This document shows, in pieces, positions 1-13,515 of a DNA stretch of 64,000 nucleotides (within the stretch, counting starts at the first letter, position 1; every line of letters begins with the position of its first letter). This stretch comes from Podarcis bocagei. Lineage: Eukaryota. The position numbers were made by a program, and so were the translations under genes. The stretch lies in assembly GCA_964188305.1 (NCBI GenBank), contig OZ076888.1. One strand, given 5' to 3'. A model generated the notes under the pieces. That model had not been told where the DNA came from. It made no database searches and saw only the letters and a list, made by a program, of their open reading frames with translations.

Positions 1-1088
1 AGATTTTTCACCATCCTAGAAAATGATGAAAAACTCCAGAAGTGAGAACAGGAAAGTTATTGTGTAATTTATTTATTTTAATCTCTCTTTTTGTTTCTCC
101 TGGACTATGCCCCAAAGTAGTTAGGCAGGTGATCTTGGGATCTGGGCCATTGTGACAAATTCCTTGTATTATATGTCTTGTTCAGAGCTGTGCTATAAAA
201 GCTATATGATCATATGGCATGTTGGAAAATGCAATGCAGGAGAAAAAGGCTTTGTAGGGACAGAAGGGAACATGCAAAGAACTAATACTTCAATTCAAAT
301 TGTCTACTCAAATGAGTTGTTTGCTGTCACTCTTGCCTATACATTCCCCCCCCCACTCTGTATGTCTTGACTTATTCATTTGCTTGCTTAGGGTGCACCA
401 TGTGTACAAATAGAGGTTGCTCTTTGCATTTTATGCAAAGGCTAAATGCTGTATCCAATTTACTTCCTGTCATGTTTGCAGTCATTTATTATGTGACAGA
501 AACATACCGGTAATAATAAGTATTACATTGCCATGGCAAATGTGGAGGCACAATCTTGCGTGACGCTTAGCCCTCATAGTTTGCTTTTGTTCTGTTATTC
601 CTCTCCACCCCCTGTTATACTAAGGATGAGATATCATTGTGGTGTTCTCAAAACCCTTATCAGTGCAAATTTCCAAGGTTTGCCACAGCAAATACCCTGA
701 ATTTGATTTCCCTGGAATGAGACTAACTGATGTTTTGTGGTAGATCAGATATTTTTGCATATAAACAGGTTTTGCCGGTGCTATTTTTTCTTGAAAAAGA
801 GGTGCCAGAACTCAGCATGGATGACTCCCTTGTTCTCTTATAACGGCAATGGTGTCCACCTGAGAGGTGCCAAAACTGAGTTGAGCAAATTTTAAAATGT
901 CCTGGATTTACCATATTGGAGAGTCACATCTTAAGTTGCTGCAGCAGATACTTCTTCAGAGCTGCCAGCTCTGACCTTTTCCTCAGATCACCTCAGTCAG
1001 AACCTGCAGCTCCTGCACAAACAGCTGGTGGACATCAACCCACAAAGAGAGGGGGAAGGCACGCCCCTTTCACAAAGAAGGCTCCACC

Positions 1089-1273
1089 CATAGGAGCCAA
1101 CTATTAGTAGCTGAGGTCCTTTAGCTCCCCCCAATAAAATATTTGAGGGGGCCAGGCCAAAGTTGATGGGCATTGCCATTCAAATGCTGTGTGTGTGCCA
1201 CATCATGTGATTGATTATGTGGGGCAGGGCTTACCAGTGCTCTCCCAATATTTTATTCAAGTTATCACCTCTG
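1089..1273. mobile_element. hAT MITE
   Basis: 8-bp TSD GCTCCACC; inverted relative at about 31833-32005. Confidence 0.8.
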
Positions 1274-1858
1274 GCTCCACCCATCTCCTTAGTTATGCAT
1301 TGGACAACCATTTAGGCCCGTTGGTGCCAATTATCCTAATGAAAGGGATTCTGCCAGGCTGAGCGCATATTGGCGATCCACTCTAGCACTCTCTGATGAT
1401 AAAAAGAGTCATGGAGATTATTCAGACTCCTACCATCTCATTGCAAGGTATTTGTCCTCTAAAAAGGTGTCCATAGCTTATCCCCAAGGGGGCAAACAAC
1501 AGCTTTAGTGAAAGAAAGGGGGATGTTCATTGGGAAAATGACAGAGAAGAAGAATTAAAGCCCTTTTCTTCAGCCGCAATCTCTCTCTGTGGCTGATATG
1601 GGTCAAAGCAAAAAGAAATAGGCAATTCAGTCAATGAATTTACTGATTACAATCAGCTCCCACTCAGCAGTTAGTCAATCTGAAAGTCAATAAAAGCTTG
1701 CAGCCCTAATAACTTAAGTTGAAACCACTATGTTCTATAGCTGATCTTTCTCTCAGCTTTTACTGTTTTTATTCATTGATTATATTATTAAGGAAAGACC
1801 AACACATTAAAATAACCACCCATACACACAAGTTGAAATTCTAATGAAACGATGGTAC

Positions 1859-1987
1859 CTTTGAAGTTTTTCTGCTGATGACGCCAAGTGTCCCTGAATT
1901 TCTGGAGAACATTTCCACCTTAGTCTCCTTGGAGCAGGAAGTTCACTCACTGAATCTGCTCTGACCAATTTCTTTGCACCTTCTTTC
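1859..1987 (-). CDS. CHAT: CHAT coding exon 9 (129 nt, [43 protein letters not shown]); gene continues beyond the left edge
   Basis: [10 protein letters not shown] motif; canonical splice sites, phase 2-2. Confidence 0.97.
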
Positions 1988-2186
1988 CTGATTTTTTTAA
2001 AATGATAGAATGCCAATAAATTTGCTGTTAGACGCTGTAGAACTCAAAAAGGTTTTTTTTTTTACATCAGACAGATGACTGAAGGTCCTACTGCAATTAA
2101 CTGATCTACATGACATTTGCTGCCTGATCTATATTCACTGCTGCTTCTGAATGGTTAATATTAATGTATTAGTAAGGTACTGTTAG

Positions 2187-2545
2187 GGACGCGGGTGGCG
2201 CTGTGGGTTAAACCACAGAGCCTAGGACTTGCCAATCAGAAGGTTGGCGGTTCAAATCCTCGTGATGGGGTGAGCTCCCATTGCTCGGTGCCTGCTCCTG
2301 CCAACCTAGCAGTTCGAAAGCACGTCAAAGTGCAAGTAGATAAATAGGTACAGCTCCGGCAGGAAGGTACACGGCGTTTCTGTGCGCTGCTCTGGTTCGC
2401 CAGAAGCGGGTTAGTCATGCTAGCCACATGACCTGGAAGCTGCACGCTGGCTCCCTCAGCCAATAAAGCGAGATGAGCACTGCAACCCCAGAGTCGGTCA
2501 CAACTGGACCTAATGGTCAGGGGTCCCTTTACCCCTTTACCTTTT
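2187..2545 (+). mobile_element. Sauria SINE (Squam1-type), full length
   Basis: tRNA-like head with A/B boxes, (ACCTTT)-like tail, TSD TAAGGTACTGTTAG at 2173-2186 and 2546-2559. Confidence 0.93.
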
Positions 2546-2974
2546 TAAGGTACTGTTAGTTACATTAGGTTGCATCCATTGGGCAAAATGACCATGAATG
2601 GATTGGATACACCCAAGTACCCGGAGATGATCAATCCATTTGTGTCAGTCAGTCCACTGGAACTGCCACCACTGATCAATACATCTAGGCTGGTAGACTA
2701 TTTTACCAACAAGACACACTAGAAAGCTCTCCGCTCCCATTACTTAAAGTCATTGATGTGCTGGCATCAAAGCTGAAATTCCAGGTTTATAATTTCATCA
2801 CATTACGTAATTCTTTAGAGTTGTTATGCCATGGAAGCGATTGGCATCGCTAGGTGTCTCAAAAGACAACCCTTTGCAAGAGTCAAAAGTTTTAAAAAGG
2901 GTTTCACGGTGATTAGATTTCTGCATCTTTTTACATAAACAAATTATAACCTATGTCAGCTGTGAAACAGCAGC

Positions 2975-3358
2975 ACTGGTTTCCAGTTGGCTGCTGGGAG
3001 CAATTCAAAGTGTTCACATTGGTGTTTAAAGCCCTAAATGATTGGGTACCAAACATCTGAAAGACCCAGCTCCTTCCCCAGTGTTTCAATCAGCATATGG
3101 GGCCCTCTTGGTAGTTCCAGTGCCCTAGGTAACTTGGGGAGAGTGTTGCAAATGAGGGAATTCTCTGTGGCAGCTCCTAAGTTTTGGAATCATATGCTGA
3201 ACACACCTCTTTATCCTGACCTTTGACACCTAAGATATATATATTTTAGGACCCACCCTATTTTTCTGATTTTAAGTTGTTTTAACTGATCTTATTGTAT
3301 TTTTGCATTGCTGTAACTTGCTCTGGGATTTTACGACAAAGGGTGGGTAAGAAATCTA
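2975..3358 (+). mobile_element. Old, degraded L2 3' fragment
   Basis: caattcaaagtg...tttaaagccctaaatg...ttctctgtggcagctcctaagttttggaa resembles the L2 RT tail. Confidence 0.6.
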
Positions 3359-3359
3359 A

Positions 3360-3610
3360 TAGTCGTACCTCGGAAGTCAAACAGAATCTGTCCCAGAAGT
3401 CCATTTGACTTCTGAAATGTTCAAAAACTAAAGCGCAGCTTCTGATTGGCTGCAGGAAGCTGCTGCAGCCAATCAGAAGCCCTGGAAGCCCCGTCGGACA
3501 TTCAGCTTTCAAAAGAATGTTCATTAACCGGAACACTCACTTCCAGCTTTCAATCATTTGGGAGCTGGAACGTTTGACTCCCAAAGCGTTCAGGAGCCAA
3601 GGTACGACTG
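3360..3610. mobile_element. Tc1/mariner-type MITE
   Basis: TIR (C)AGTCGTACCT / AGGTACGACTG followed by TA. Confidence 0.8.
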
Positions 3611-3785
3611 TACATAAACAACCAAATAAAATTTAAAATGTGCATCTCATCAAGGTGCCACTGATTTCCAAAATGTCACTGGAAGGACTGCATAATTCCA
3701 GCAGCTGAGGAAGATAAGCAATACTCCAGTGACACTGGAGAAGAGAAGGAAGTAATAGCTTACAGGCCCATCACAAGCAACTTAC

Positions 3786-3886
3786 ATGTGTCTGAGCAAA
3801 TGTTCAATGCACTGTACCAGGACGATCCCGTCGAAAGGAGAATGTTCGCACACTGTTCCACACACTCCATCTCTTCCCACAACAAA
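3786..3886 (-). CDS. CHAT: CHAT coding exon 8 (101 nt, [33 protein letters not shown]), contains the catalytic His
   Basis: EHSPFDG catalytic motif by manual translation; cag|TTT and AT|gtaag. Confidence 0.98.
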
Positions 3887-5782
3887 CTGAGCAGGGGGAG
3901 TATATACAGACAGAAACAGCAAGTGAATCCTTCTGCCTCTTTTACTGAGTTGTATATTTATTTTAAAACTTCTAGAAAACTTCTTAAAACTTCAGTTTTT
4001 GTTGGGAAAAAGTCCCAAAGCAGTTTAAATTCTGCAGGTACATTCCCATACCCTCCAACATGCTGCAGCGGGAAAACCAGGATGCCCGGCTTCTGGGGCC
4101 GTGCGCCTGCATGAGTCACATGACCCATGCAAGAGCATGGCCCAGAAAGACAGATTTTTCTGGGGCCACAATCTTGCACGTTTTTGGGTGCTGTGCTCTT
4201 GTGCAAGAGCATGGTCACCCCAAAATGGGATTTCCTGATTCAATTGGGGCAGTTGAGGGGTATGCATTCCCACATGCAAAAATATGGACAGTCACTGGAT
4301 CAGGATGCAAGCATTATTTGCTTGCATTGTTCCATTGTTTTAGAAAGGGCATGTTTGATAGCTTCAGCTTTAAGTGTGAATTGACCTAGATTTCTTACAC
4401 CATCCTTGTGGCTGTGCATATGCATCAGTCTTGGCTGCAGGTTTTGGAGGGTCTTTGGGTAATGGGCCTCCCCTCTTCAAGGAGCTTAACTCCTCACTGC
4501 AGCAGGTCTAGGGACTTATCAGTGTACCACCACCACCAACAGGGTATACACATTTATGAGGGTGATGAATAAACGTGATTCTGTTCACGCTTAAAAACAA
4601 GCCTACCTAATTCACACTTTCTGAATGAATCAAAACCACAGAAATTCAAAATGCACACTTCTCTGAATTTTGCAATGTATTCTTCTCCCCGCCCCCCGCG
4701 CCCCAGTCAAGCGATGCCTACAAAATGCACATGCTGAGGCAATGCGTGCAAAAGAATGCATTTGCTGGCAAAAAGAATACACGACAATGCATTCTTTAAA
4801 GGATATTGCTTTGCAAAAATGTGTGCGTGTTAGACTAAATTGCATACAAAGAGTATATTAGGAGGTATGTTGATTTCTCATAAAGACTTTGGGTAGGGAG
4901 GGGATTCAGAAACTGATGTGGAAATGTATAGAACAGAACTTGATGACTGGGAAACTGAAATTGACAGATATGCCCATCTCTAGGCCCTTTGCAGATGCCT
5001 GAGGGTGCTGACACTTGATGCTGGTTCCTCCCCATTTTTCCATGCAGATGCAAATTTACCCCTCACTATCGGCCGTGTTGGGCTCCTAGTCTTGCATGCC
5101 TGTATCTGGAGTGGAGTCAAAGGCCACAACACAAAAGGCCACAAAATCTTTGGCTGCAGGATGACATTTCCAATGTAATTACGGAACCACTTGCAAGCAG
5201 CAAAGGTCCTGATAGGCTGCACAGAGGCATCCAAGAAAACTAACCCTGTACAAAAAGGTCGGGTTTTTTAACAGTAATGTGTGTTAACCCAAGCGAATTA
5301 CAACAGCAGATATGCTCCACCAGATATTACTATAACATAAAATAATGCAAGATTGGGGAAAACTAGATTCCTCACCCTCCCATGATGGATTCTTTAGCTT
5401 AACATTTTCCATTTGACTTAATTGGAAATGAATACAGCTATTTCTGCCTGTTACGCACTGTAGGCCAATTAGACTCACTCTCGTGAGTGTGGAGGAAATT
5501 ATACGCTGGGAAACAAATTATATATAGAGGTAGGGGACGTTATGCCACCCCATGTGGAGTTTGACATTGAGAAACACAAATGAGGATACTGCTGGCTTAA
5601 TGGGAAACCTGAGTGAGGTAGATCTGCTCCTCAGGTCTAGAGGTCAGGGGTTGACTGTGTGTGGCTGTGATGAAGAGAGCAGGCCAGTGTAATGTGTTGG
5701 TTAGACTGGCATGGTTTTGGTTAGGGACTGGTGATTAGCTAAGCAAACCTCAGGGTCAGGGTACATAAAGTTCTACGTAAAA

Positions 5783-5835
5783 AAGGTAAAGGTAAAGGAC
5801 CCCTGGATGGTTAAGTCCAGTCAAAGGTGACTATG
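5783..5835 (-). mobile_element. Sauria SINE 3' tip
   Basis: aaaggtaaaggtaaaggacccctg tail. Confidence 0.65.
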
Positions 5836-6049
5836 ACTAACTAGGCACCATGTGTCTTCAGTCTGGGACAGCCACTCTGGGAGTATAGGGAAGGTTCTTC
5901 TTCTTGATTCAGTTACTAATGACATAGTACATGCAACTACAGGTAGGGATGGATGGATCAGTCCGTTTTGGTTCCTCTCTCAGTTTGCTAAGTTCAGTCT
6001 GAGTTTAGTTCTCCCCATTTCCAAATCAGTTAGCATTTTTTAAATATTT

Positions 6050-6236
6050 ACTTTCTATCTCACCTTTTCTTGAAAGAGCTCAAGATATTGTACATGGTTT
6101 TCTCCCTCCCCAATTCATCATCTCATCAATCTTGTAAAGTAGGTTAGGCCCAAGATCACCCAGTGAGTTACATAGCTGAGTGGAGATTTGAACTCTGCTC
6201 TCCCAGGTCCTAATCAAACACACTAACTGCTATACT
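6050..6236 (-). mobile_element. MIR-like/Squam3-type SINE remnant
   Basis: gtaggttagg...cccaagatcacccagtgag...gatttgaac core; similar fragments near 21600, 25270, 30420 and 40165. Confidence 0.6.
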
Positions 6237-6580
6237 AATTGCATTTAAAAAATGCATGCATTGTCTTGAGCATTTCACGTTTTTTGCAAGTGATTTTGCT
6301 GAATATCTGCCTGTCTATAAGTAATTTCCCCTCCAGGACTGCATTTTTGGTACATCGTTTTTGTGACCATTTTTGTGCACATTACCTGCCAAAATATGTT
6401 TTGTTATATGTAGTTTTCGGGTTGAAAAATTCAGAGAAGTGCAAATTTCAGAGGGTAACTGCGTCCTGGTTCATGTTTGGGAAGTACATATTAGGAGGGC
6501 TTGCATTAAAATGCTATAACCCATGTTGACCAGCCTTTGACATGAATGAGAACTCACATGCACCAATAGCAACTTCTTAC

Positions 6581-6750
6581 CTGCATAGGCTTATCATACC
6601 AACGGTTGGCACCATTTTTACTGTAGCCTCCTCCATGCAGAAGCTGCAACGCCATGTTGGTATCTGTGGGTTCCTCCCCACTTGGACTATCAAGGCATAC
6701 TAAGCAGATGCTCCGTTCGATCATATCAAGAGAGTCTCTGTTTGTAGAAT
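6581..6750 (-). CDS. CHAT: CHAT coding exon 7 (170 nt, [14 protein letters not shown]...[12 protein letters not shown])
   Basis: NRWYDK acyltransferase motif; canonical splice sites. Confidence 0.98.
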
Positions 6751-7629
6751 CTGAGGAGAGAAACAATGGGCTTGGTGCAATGAATTACTGTTGGTTCTTG
6801 CTGCCAAAATATGCCTCTTCTGCAGTGTGCCACTGAGAGTTCCAAAATTGTATTTTGCTCTTTGAAAAATAAGCTTAAACTTTTACAAAGGGTGTGTGTT
6901 TGTAGTTATGATATGATGATGTATAAGCTTGGCAATGTACTTTTTCACACAGCATATGGTTAAAATATGGAATTTGGATGGCTTTAAAATAGGATTGGAC
7001 AAATTTGTAGAGATTAAGGGAATCAATGGTTTTGAGCCATGATAGCTCATCCTCCATGGTTTTCTTTTTTCCCTAGTGTCTCATTTTTCTAATGTTTCCT
7101 CATCTGTTTGCTTTTTTTTAAAAAATAATAATCATGAAAGTTCACCAGCATTTTACTGCGAATTTCTCCTAATACACAGTTATCTATGCAATTTTGCTTA
7201 CCATACACACTTTTGGGCAAAACAATTCCCCCTACTATAATGTATTTTTGGTATGTTCTTTTCAATAATATATGCATTTAAATGAACCCTTTATCCTAGT
7301 ATATGCATTTTTTTTTTGCTCATTATTTGGCTGGAGGACTACATTGCAAAATTCAGAAAAGTGCAAATGTCAAAAGATAGTTGTGTTTGAGTGGGTGCAG
7401 AGTTTCGGAAAGTGCAAATTACGTAGGTTTGCCTTTAGATGCAATTGATTCAAATTTCTCACCCATCTCTATTCTGTGCTGTGCCATTTTAGGTTACAGG
7501 TGTAGACTCACCAGATTAAATGTTCTTCAATGCCAAAAATAAAAACTCTGCATGGGGGGCAGGGGGCAGGACATCTGGCATGCCATGAGAAAGGTTTAGC
7601 TAGAATCCTCCTCTCTGATATGTAGTTTT

Positions 7630-7663
<34 letters not shown>

Positions 7664-7833
7664 TTATTATTACTCCCTCCTTTGGCAATCTTCACAGAAC
7701 TCTAGCCCAATGGTTGCCATCAATTTGATTTGAATTAATTTTATAATTAAATGATTTTAGAATGTTGTATTATTTTATTGTTGTTAGCCGCCCTGAGCCC
7801 GGCTTCGGCTGGGGAGGGTGGGATATAAATAAA

Positions 7834-7835
<2 letters not shown>

Positions 7836-7873
<38 letters not shown>

Positions 7874-7886
7874 TTATTATTATTAT
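7836..7886. repeat. (TAT)n microsatellite, tail of an L2 tip
   Basis: Direct reading. Confidence 0.9.
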
Positions 7887-8095
7887 TTTGTATGTGTAAG
7901 ATGTAATGGAGAAGCATTCTGTTGTGGGGTCCTTTCACCTGCAGTTTGAAGTGGCACAGCAGAGAAACAGTTTTGCCACCTTGTTTGCTGTTTATGAGAA
8001 GCTGGTCACTGTCCCATCTAGAGACATGATGAGCAGAGAAGATGGGGTGAACAGGGTGAATGACAAGAGAGGCAATTTGGTTGCCACTTGCTAAC

Positions 8096-8273
8096 CTTCA
8101 ACAAGGATTGTCCTGGCTTCAGCCCACTCTGTTCTTCCATCAGATGTCAGGAGACCAATTGGAGGCAGCCTCTCTTCTTCATTCTCTGACATTTTGGCTA
8201 TCTTCCGCAACTGAGTAAACAGATCCCCCTCACTGAGACGGCGAAAATTAATGACAACGTCCAAAACAAAAAA
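8096..8273 (-). CDS. CHAT: CHAT coding exon 6 (178 nt, [25 protein letters not shown]...[10 protein letters not shown])
   Basis: Near-identical to vertebrate ChAT; canonical splice sites. Confidence 0.98.
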
Positions 8274-8721
8274 CTGGGGAGAGAGAGGGGTGGGGGAGCA
8301 GTTAAAAGAAAGGGCAAAGCAATAGCGGGAACACACAATTTTAGTAAAAATGATCCTGCATTATTCAAAATGACTTTGACAAAAAATCCACTGACAAAGC
8401 TTTATCCCTTTCTTTCTCAACCTCCCCACATCAAAAAACTACACCTTGTTCATGGGAAGATAGTATGTCAAAGCGAAGACTACTCTGCATGGGTAAATGT
8501 CCTAGAATTTATCATTCCAGAATATAATAAGTAAAGACCATCATTCTAAAAATCCATCACTTCGTTCATTACTTGCTCTTCTGTCTTGTATCATTTTGGT
8601 CAATAGTACCCTATCCCCAGATTTTTCTTTTCAAACAAATGGTGCTGGTGATTATTGTAGTCTTTAATAGATAAACTACAGAAGTGAAATGTGATGGAGC
8701 TTAGTGGGACTTACTCCCAAG

Positions 8722-8789
8722 TAGAGATGGGAAGGCCTGGGGAAAAAACCAGGTTTCCCCCCATTTTTTCCCAGGCCTTCCCATCTCTA
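8722..8789. mobile_element. Minimal hAT MITE (68 bp)
   Basis: TIR TAGAGATGGGAAGGCCTGGG; 8-bp TSD CTCCCAAG. Confidence 0.88.
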
Positions 8790-9004
8790 CTCCCAAGTAA
8801 GTATGCTTAGGCTTACAGCTTTATAGTGGCCAATTGTAGAAACCCACCCACAGAAAGAACTCAAGGGAGAGTTCATCTGTGGTACATTTTTGGTCCTCAG
8901 TTAGAATGCAAACCAGCACCCCCTCCCCTTGCTTAGTCAATTTCATAGCAAAATGAAGCGGGCTCAAGTTTTGAAAAAGCTGCATCCAATGAATATCCAC
9001 ACAC

Positions 9005-9185
9005 CTGATTGTTACAAGCAACAATGATATGTTCCGGTTCAGGCATGATATTGCTTTTCTGGGCCACAAGGGTATCTTTGGTATGTCCTGGAAGACGATA
9101 GGAAGAAAAGAGTCCATAGTATTGCTTCATACAGAGAGGATGACCAGACAGCTGTCCACGAGCAAAATCAACAGGCACAGCATGG
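9005..9185 (-). CDS. CHAT: CHAT coding exon 5 (181 nt, [33 protein letters not shown]...ACNNQ)
   Basis: [18 protein letters not shown] motif; canonical splice sites. Confidence 0.98.
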
Positions 9186-10221
9186 CTGGAGGGACAGAAC
9201 GAGAGAGACAAAGCAAAAGAGACAAAAAGAGAGAGAAAGAAGTAGACAGAAAGGAAGAGAAATCTAATCTGTCCTTTGTCTGTTTACAATTAGGTTAGAT
9301 ACACAACACAAATAGAATCATACAACAATAAGATTACGGCAATGGGAAATAGACGGGCTCCCAGAGCAAAGCTGAAATTCATGATTCTTGACATGACTTA
9401 CGATGCAACTGTATTTGCATTCAGTGGGCGAGTGTTGAAAAAGCAAACGGTAATGTATGCAAAACATAAGGACAGAAGGACACATTCCTTTTCCACCTCC
9501 TCTCTGTTAACGCACTCCACCTGAACTTCTAATCACACAGGTGAAAATATGTAGGTGTTGTCATACACGAGGGTGTGGCCTCCTTCCCCCATGTATTTTG
9601 TGGGGAGAAAGGGAAGGTCTGCCTGAGTCTTTGCATGGCAAGTGTTTCATAAGGAGAACCTCTACATCTACACCTCTACAAGTAGAGCGGCCACTGGAGC
9701 AGCCCAGTTGAAAAAAGAAATAACCAACGCAGTACAACTACTTCTTAAGGATTGACATCTTAGAAAGACCAAGATGCAACGAGATCTCTCAAACAGGTGT
9801 TTTGTAAAATAGACATGGCCAGCCAGTGATCTGGACTGGTGGGGATTGATTAATTGGATGGATCTGAAGCAGCCACATCAGACACATTTATCATTGCAGA
9901 GAAGAAGCTCTCACAGTACATAAACCACAGGAATTATATGAGAAGCACGCTGCATACAACAGGGTTGAGCTGATGCGCTTTTATTGAATTGGCAGCACTG
10001 CTGAGGTAACAAGCTTTGAATTGCACAAATGGACGACCAACATTTATCAGACACATTCAGAAACCGCAATGGAATGAAAAGCCACTCAGGATGCTATGCT
10101 GGGCCCATTTATTTATTATCAAGATTTATACTCCACAAACACGTTATCAAGGGAGACTTATAATATTAAAGTTAGGTTGCTAACCTGACAGACGTTCGGT
10201 TCAGTTCGGTAATGTCCACAC

Positions 10222-10311
10222 CATAGCTGTCAACTTTTCCCTTTTCTTGCAAGGAATCCTATTCGGAATAAGGGAATTTCCCTTTAAAAAAGGGAAACCT
10301 TGGCAGCTATG
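10222..10311. mobile_element. hAT MITE (90 bp)
   Basis: TIR CATAGCTG; near-identical 8-bp flanks GTCCACAC/GTCTGCAC. Confidence 0.7.
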
Positions 10312-10945
10312 GTCTGCACTCATCAGGGTGCCGTTCGGGCAGACATCTAGCGTCTTGCTCAGCAAAATGAGCAGAGGGCCCCCACAGACGCACCAAGGTT
10401 GGCTGACCACATTTGGAAGCAATGCATATTACCATCTTAAGCAGGAGGCCACCCGCACGACCAATAAGTGCAGACTCTAAAATTACATAACCACACCATT
10501 GTCTCTGCACTAGGACTGGTTAGTTTGCATGGCATGGCTTCCTCTCCAATGAACTCTAGGATATGTAGTCTTTGGAGTGCCAGGCAGAGGTTGCTCAGAT
10601 GCTCAGAAATGCACTGTGCACACGCACACAGTCAATCTTGCCTTTATACTTTTCATATATTCTAGGGCTGAGATCTGTCGTCAAAAAGATATTCCAGAGG
10701 TGATGCTAGACTTCACATTCTGGGACTGAGCTGTTTAGAGCCCAGCCGTCAAATGACTCCCGAGTTAGGACTTTCAGCACACTACTGATGACAAATTAGT
10801 TTTTAAAAACAGGTTTGCTCTGGTAGTGTACATGTAACCTTAAACTACTATCTGATGCAATCGGATCCTGCAGCTTTGTGAATGTGATTATGTTTATGCT
10901 CCCAGTGAAATCATCGATTCTATTCACAAAAGCCAAGCTGCTTAC

Positions 10946-10999
10946 GTGTCCAGCAGTGCTTTATAATCAAGAACTCCAGAAATGAGATTGGCAGCAAAC
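10946..10999 (-). CDS. CHAT: CHAT coding exon 4 (54 nt, FAANLISGVLDYKALLD)
   Basis: Manual translation; cag|G and AC|gtaagc; phase 2-2. Confidence 0.96.
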
Positions 11000-12734
11000 C
11001 TGAAAAAATCAAAGACAGAAGGAACAAGAATTCCCTGTGATGAAGATCGGGTGGCATTGTCCAAATAATAATACAAATATAGAGCAGATACAATTGACCC
11101 TTTACCAGCTGGTAAACACCAGTTACTGGGCGTGTTTCAGATTTCCGATGTGGTGCCCTCAGACACCTATTGGCACCCAAGGCCCCCGTCCCCCTCATTT
11201 TAAAAATGAGTTATTTTGTTTTATTGTGTGTAGGTGTGTGTGTGTGTGTGTGTGTATTTGTATCTGTATCTGTACTTCTTGTCCATGCAGTGATGGGGTA
11301 GAGTTCCCAAGTCTGAGACTCTGTGGCTCATTCCTGCTAGTGTACAGGAATATGCCCATTGGTAAATTCACAACTCTTGGTAAAAAGTTATCTGTATTTC
11401 TGTTTATATTGAGAAACATGTCGTCATTTGGCAGTATGAAATGGAACAGCAGGAACACAAATTCACCATCTCCATGAACGCCAAACCAGAAGTGATGCAG
11501 CAGCCTTGCCAATAGATTTCCTTTATTCTTAAGTATGACTCTGTTTGCTCCTTGCTTTATATGTGAATGAGGTGATGTGAACAGAAACCCATCTGCCCTC
11601 ATTGCATTTAGTTTGGTCCTCAGAAGTAGACCTCCAAAGAGCTTTGTCATTGAAATCAATACCCTGGTCAAATTTTGCCTAAGACCCAGACAACAGCCCT
11701 ATCATTTCCTCCTGCTATAAGGTTCCTCCTGTTAGTTGATAGGCTTCCCATCTGCTCATGAGAGTTTACTGTTTATGGGCTCTCTCCACTGGAGAGATGC
11801 AAAACACCGTTTTCTAGAAAACAGCGGTCACAATGAAGCTGTTCAGTTTCATGAGAGGAAGTATGTGTTCATGCCAGCGTTTAGAATAGCGTGTTGCTGT
11901 TGTTGTTTATCCAAGTCTGTGTCCGTTGCCATTGCAGAACAGAGTAATTCTGATCGACAGCTAGGCCAGAGGTGGACAAACTATGATCATCCAGATATGG
12001 TTTGACATTTTAAAATAGCATTTGCACACACTTCTAACAGCAAGGAGGAACCTGGCTACAGTTCAGCAGCCGTCTCATGCTCCAGCTGGCAAATTTAGCA
12101 TAATGTGTAGTTAGGCCCTCAAACACCATAGACCAGGGATAGACACAATGGTGCCCTCCATATCTTGTTATATTCCAATTCCCATCAGCCCCAGTCAATA
12201 TGGCCAATGACTGGTGATGATGGGTGCTGGAATCCAGTGGTATCTTGGGGGCATCACATTTGGCTATTCTGGAGTAGGCAATGCAAAGCTTGATAGACCA
12301 ATGGTCTCTGCCCATACAAGGTATATTCCTGTATTATTCACCACCTTGCAGTATTAAGGCTGTAATCCTATGCATATTTACATGTACTAGTATGAACCTC
12401 TGGGACTTTCCTTTGAGTCCATTTGGCCCGTAAGTTGGTGAATTACAAAAGGGAACATCTCTACCCACAACACTTTACTTTTAGTCTTCTTTCACATGTC
12501 TCATTCCCCAATGAGATCTTTTTGATTGACCCATTTAGCGGAACACGTTTTCTCTCATCTTTTATTTCCCATCTTTTTACATATATATGGATTGTGAAGT
12601 GCTGATGTTCCCAAAACTGTGCCTAATTCAGAGATATGGATTTCTCAGGAGGCTGCATGCCATTGTGAGCACTGATGGGCCCAATCAAGAAATGATTGTA
12701 GTGTCATTCTTGCCAAGAATACTTGCCAAGAATC

Positions 12735-13179
12735 GATCTACCCACTCTGGAGGAATGGCAGATGAAGGTGATAGACTACATGGGACTGGCTGAAATGACC
12801 GGCAGAATCCGTGACCAGGGGAAAGAGACGGCGGATGAAGATTGGAAGAAATTTAAAAGTTATCTTAAGAAACATTGTAAAATTAATGAATGCTAAAATG
12901 TTGAAGTTTTAAACATAAGGGGATTACAGCTGTAAAAGGTTAAGTAAAAGAAAAGAATAAGGGAAAATTCGATAAAACCAAGAGGTAGGATTTGTTGAAA
13001 TAAATTTGGGAATTGGGATGCAGAAAGGGGAGGTATGGGGAAGTCGCTGAAATAAGGTTTAAGAAAAAAGGATTTGAAATTATACATGTTCGTTTATGTG
13101 TTTGTCTGTTTGTTTTGTAGTGTGCAATGTTTGTGTTTGTAAAACTGTGAAAAACCAATAAAAAAATTATATATAAAAA
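12735..13179 (+). mobile_element. 5'-truncated L1 3' end
   Basis: Encodes DLPTLEEWQ...EDWKKFK...EC*, similar to the end of the ORF at 61262; A-tail; 20-bp TSD AAGAATACTTGCCAAGAATC at 12715-12734 and 13180-13199. Confidence 0.93.
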
Positions 13180-13515
13180 AAGAATACTTGCCAAGAATCA
13201 GTTTGGAAGGGGACGAACTTATGTATTCCATCCCCTTTTCAACAGAAAAAGAAGCCTAGGTCTGCATTGTGAAAGGTGACGTCACTGTTTATCGGTTCAC
13301 TTAATATATTTGTGTAACACAATATTTCATTTTTGTTCCCAGGTCGTGGGAACATATTCAAAAATATGTTGCACCAGTCTCTGAATACAAAGTAGGGTGT
13401 AGTGACAGTGGGTCACAGTGTACAATGTTACTCCAACTTTGTGGATATTTTGAAATACTTGTGTCATTGTAGCTAAATCAGTGGCTCATCCAGTTTGTCT
13501 AGGACTGGGCTCATA

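Noticed and set aside
2236-2463. Recurring 75-110 aa ORFs (also 13582, 18987, 23222) that look like a gene family
   Set aside because: Antisense translations of Sauria SINE copies.
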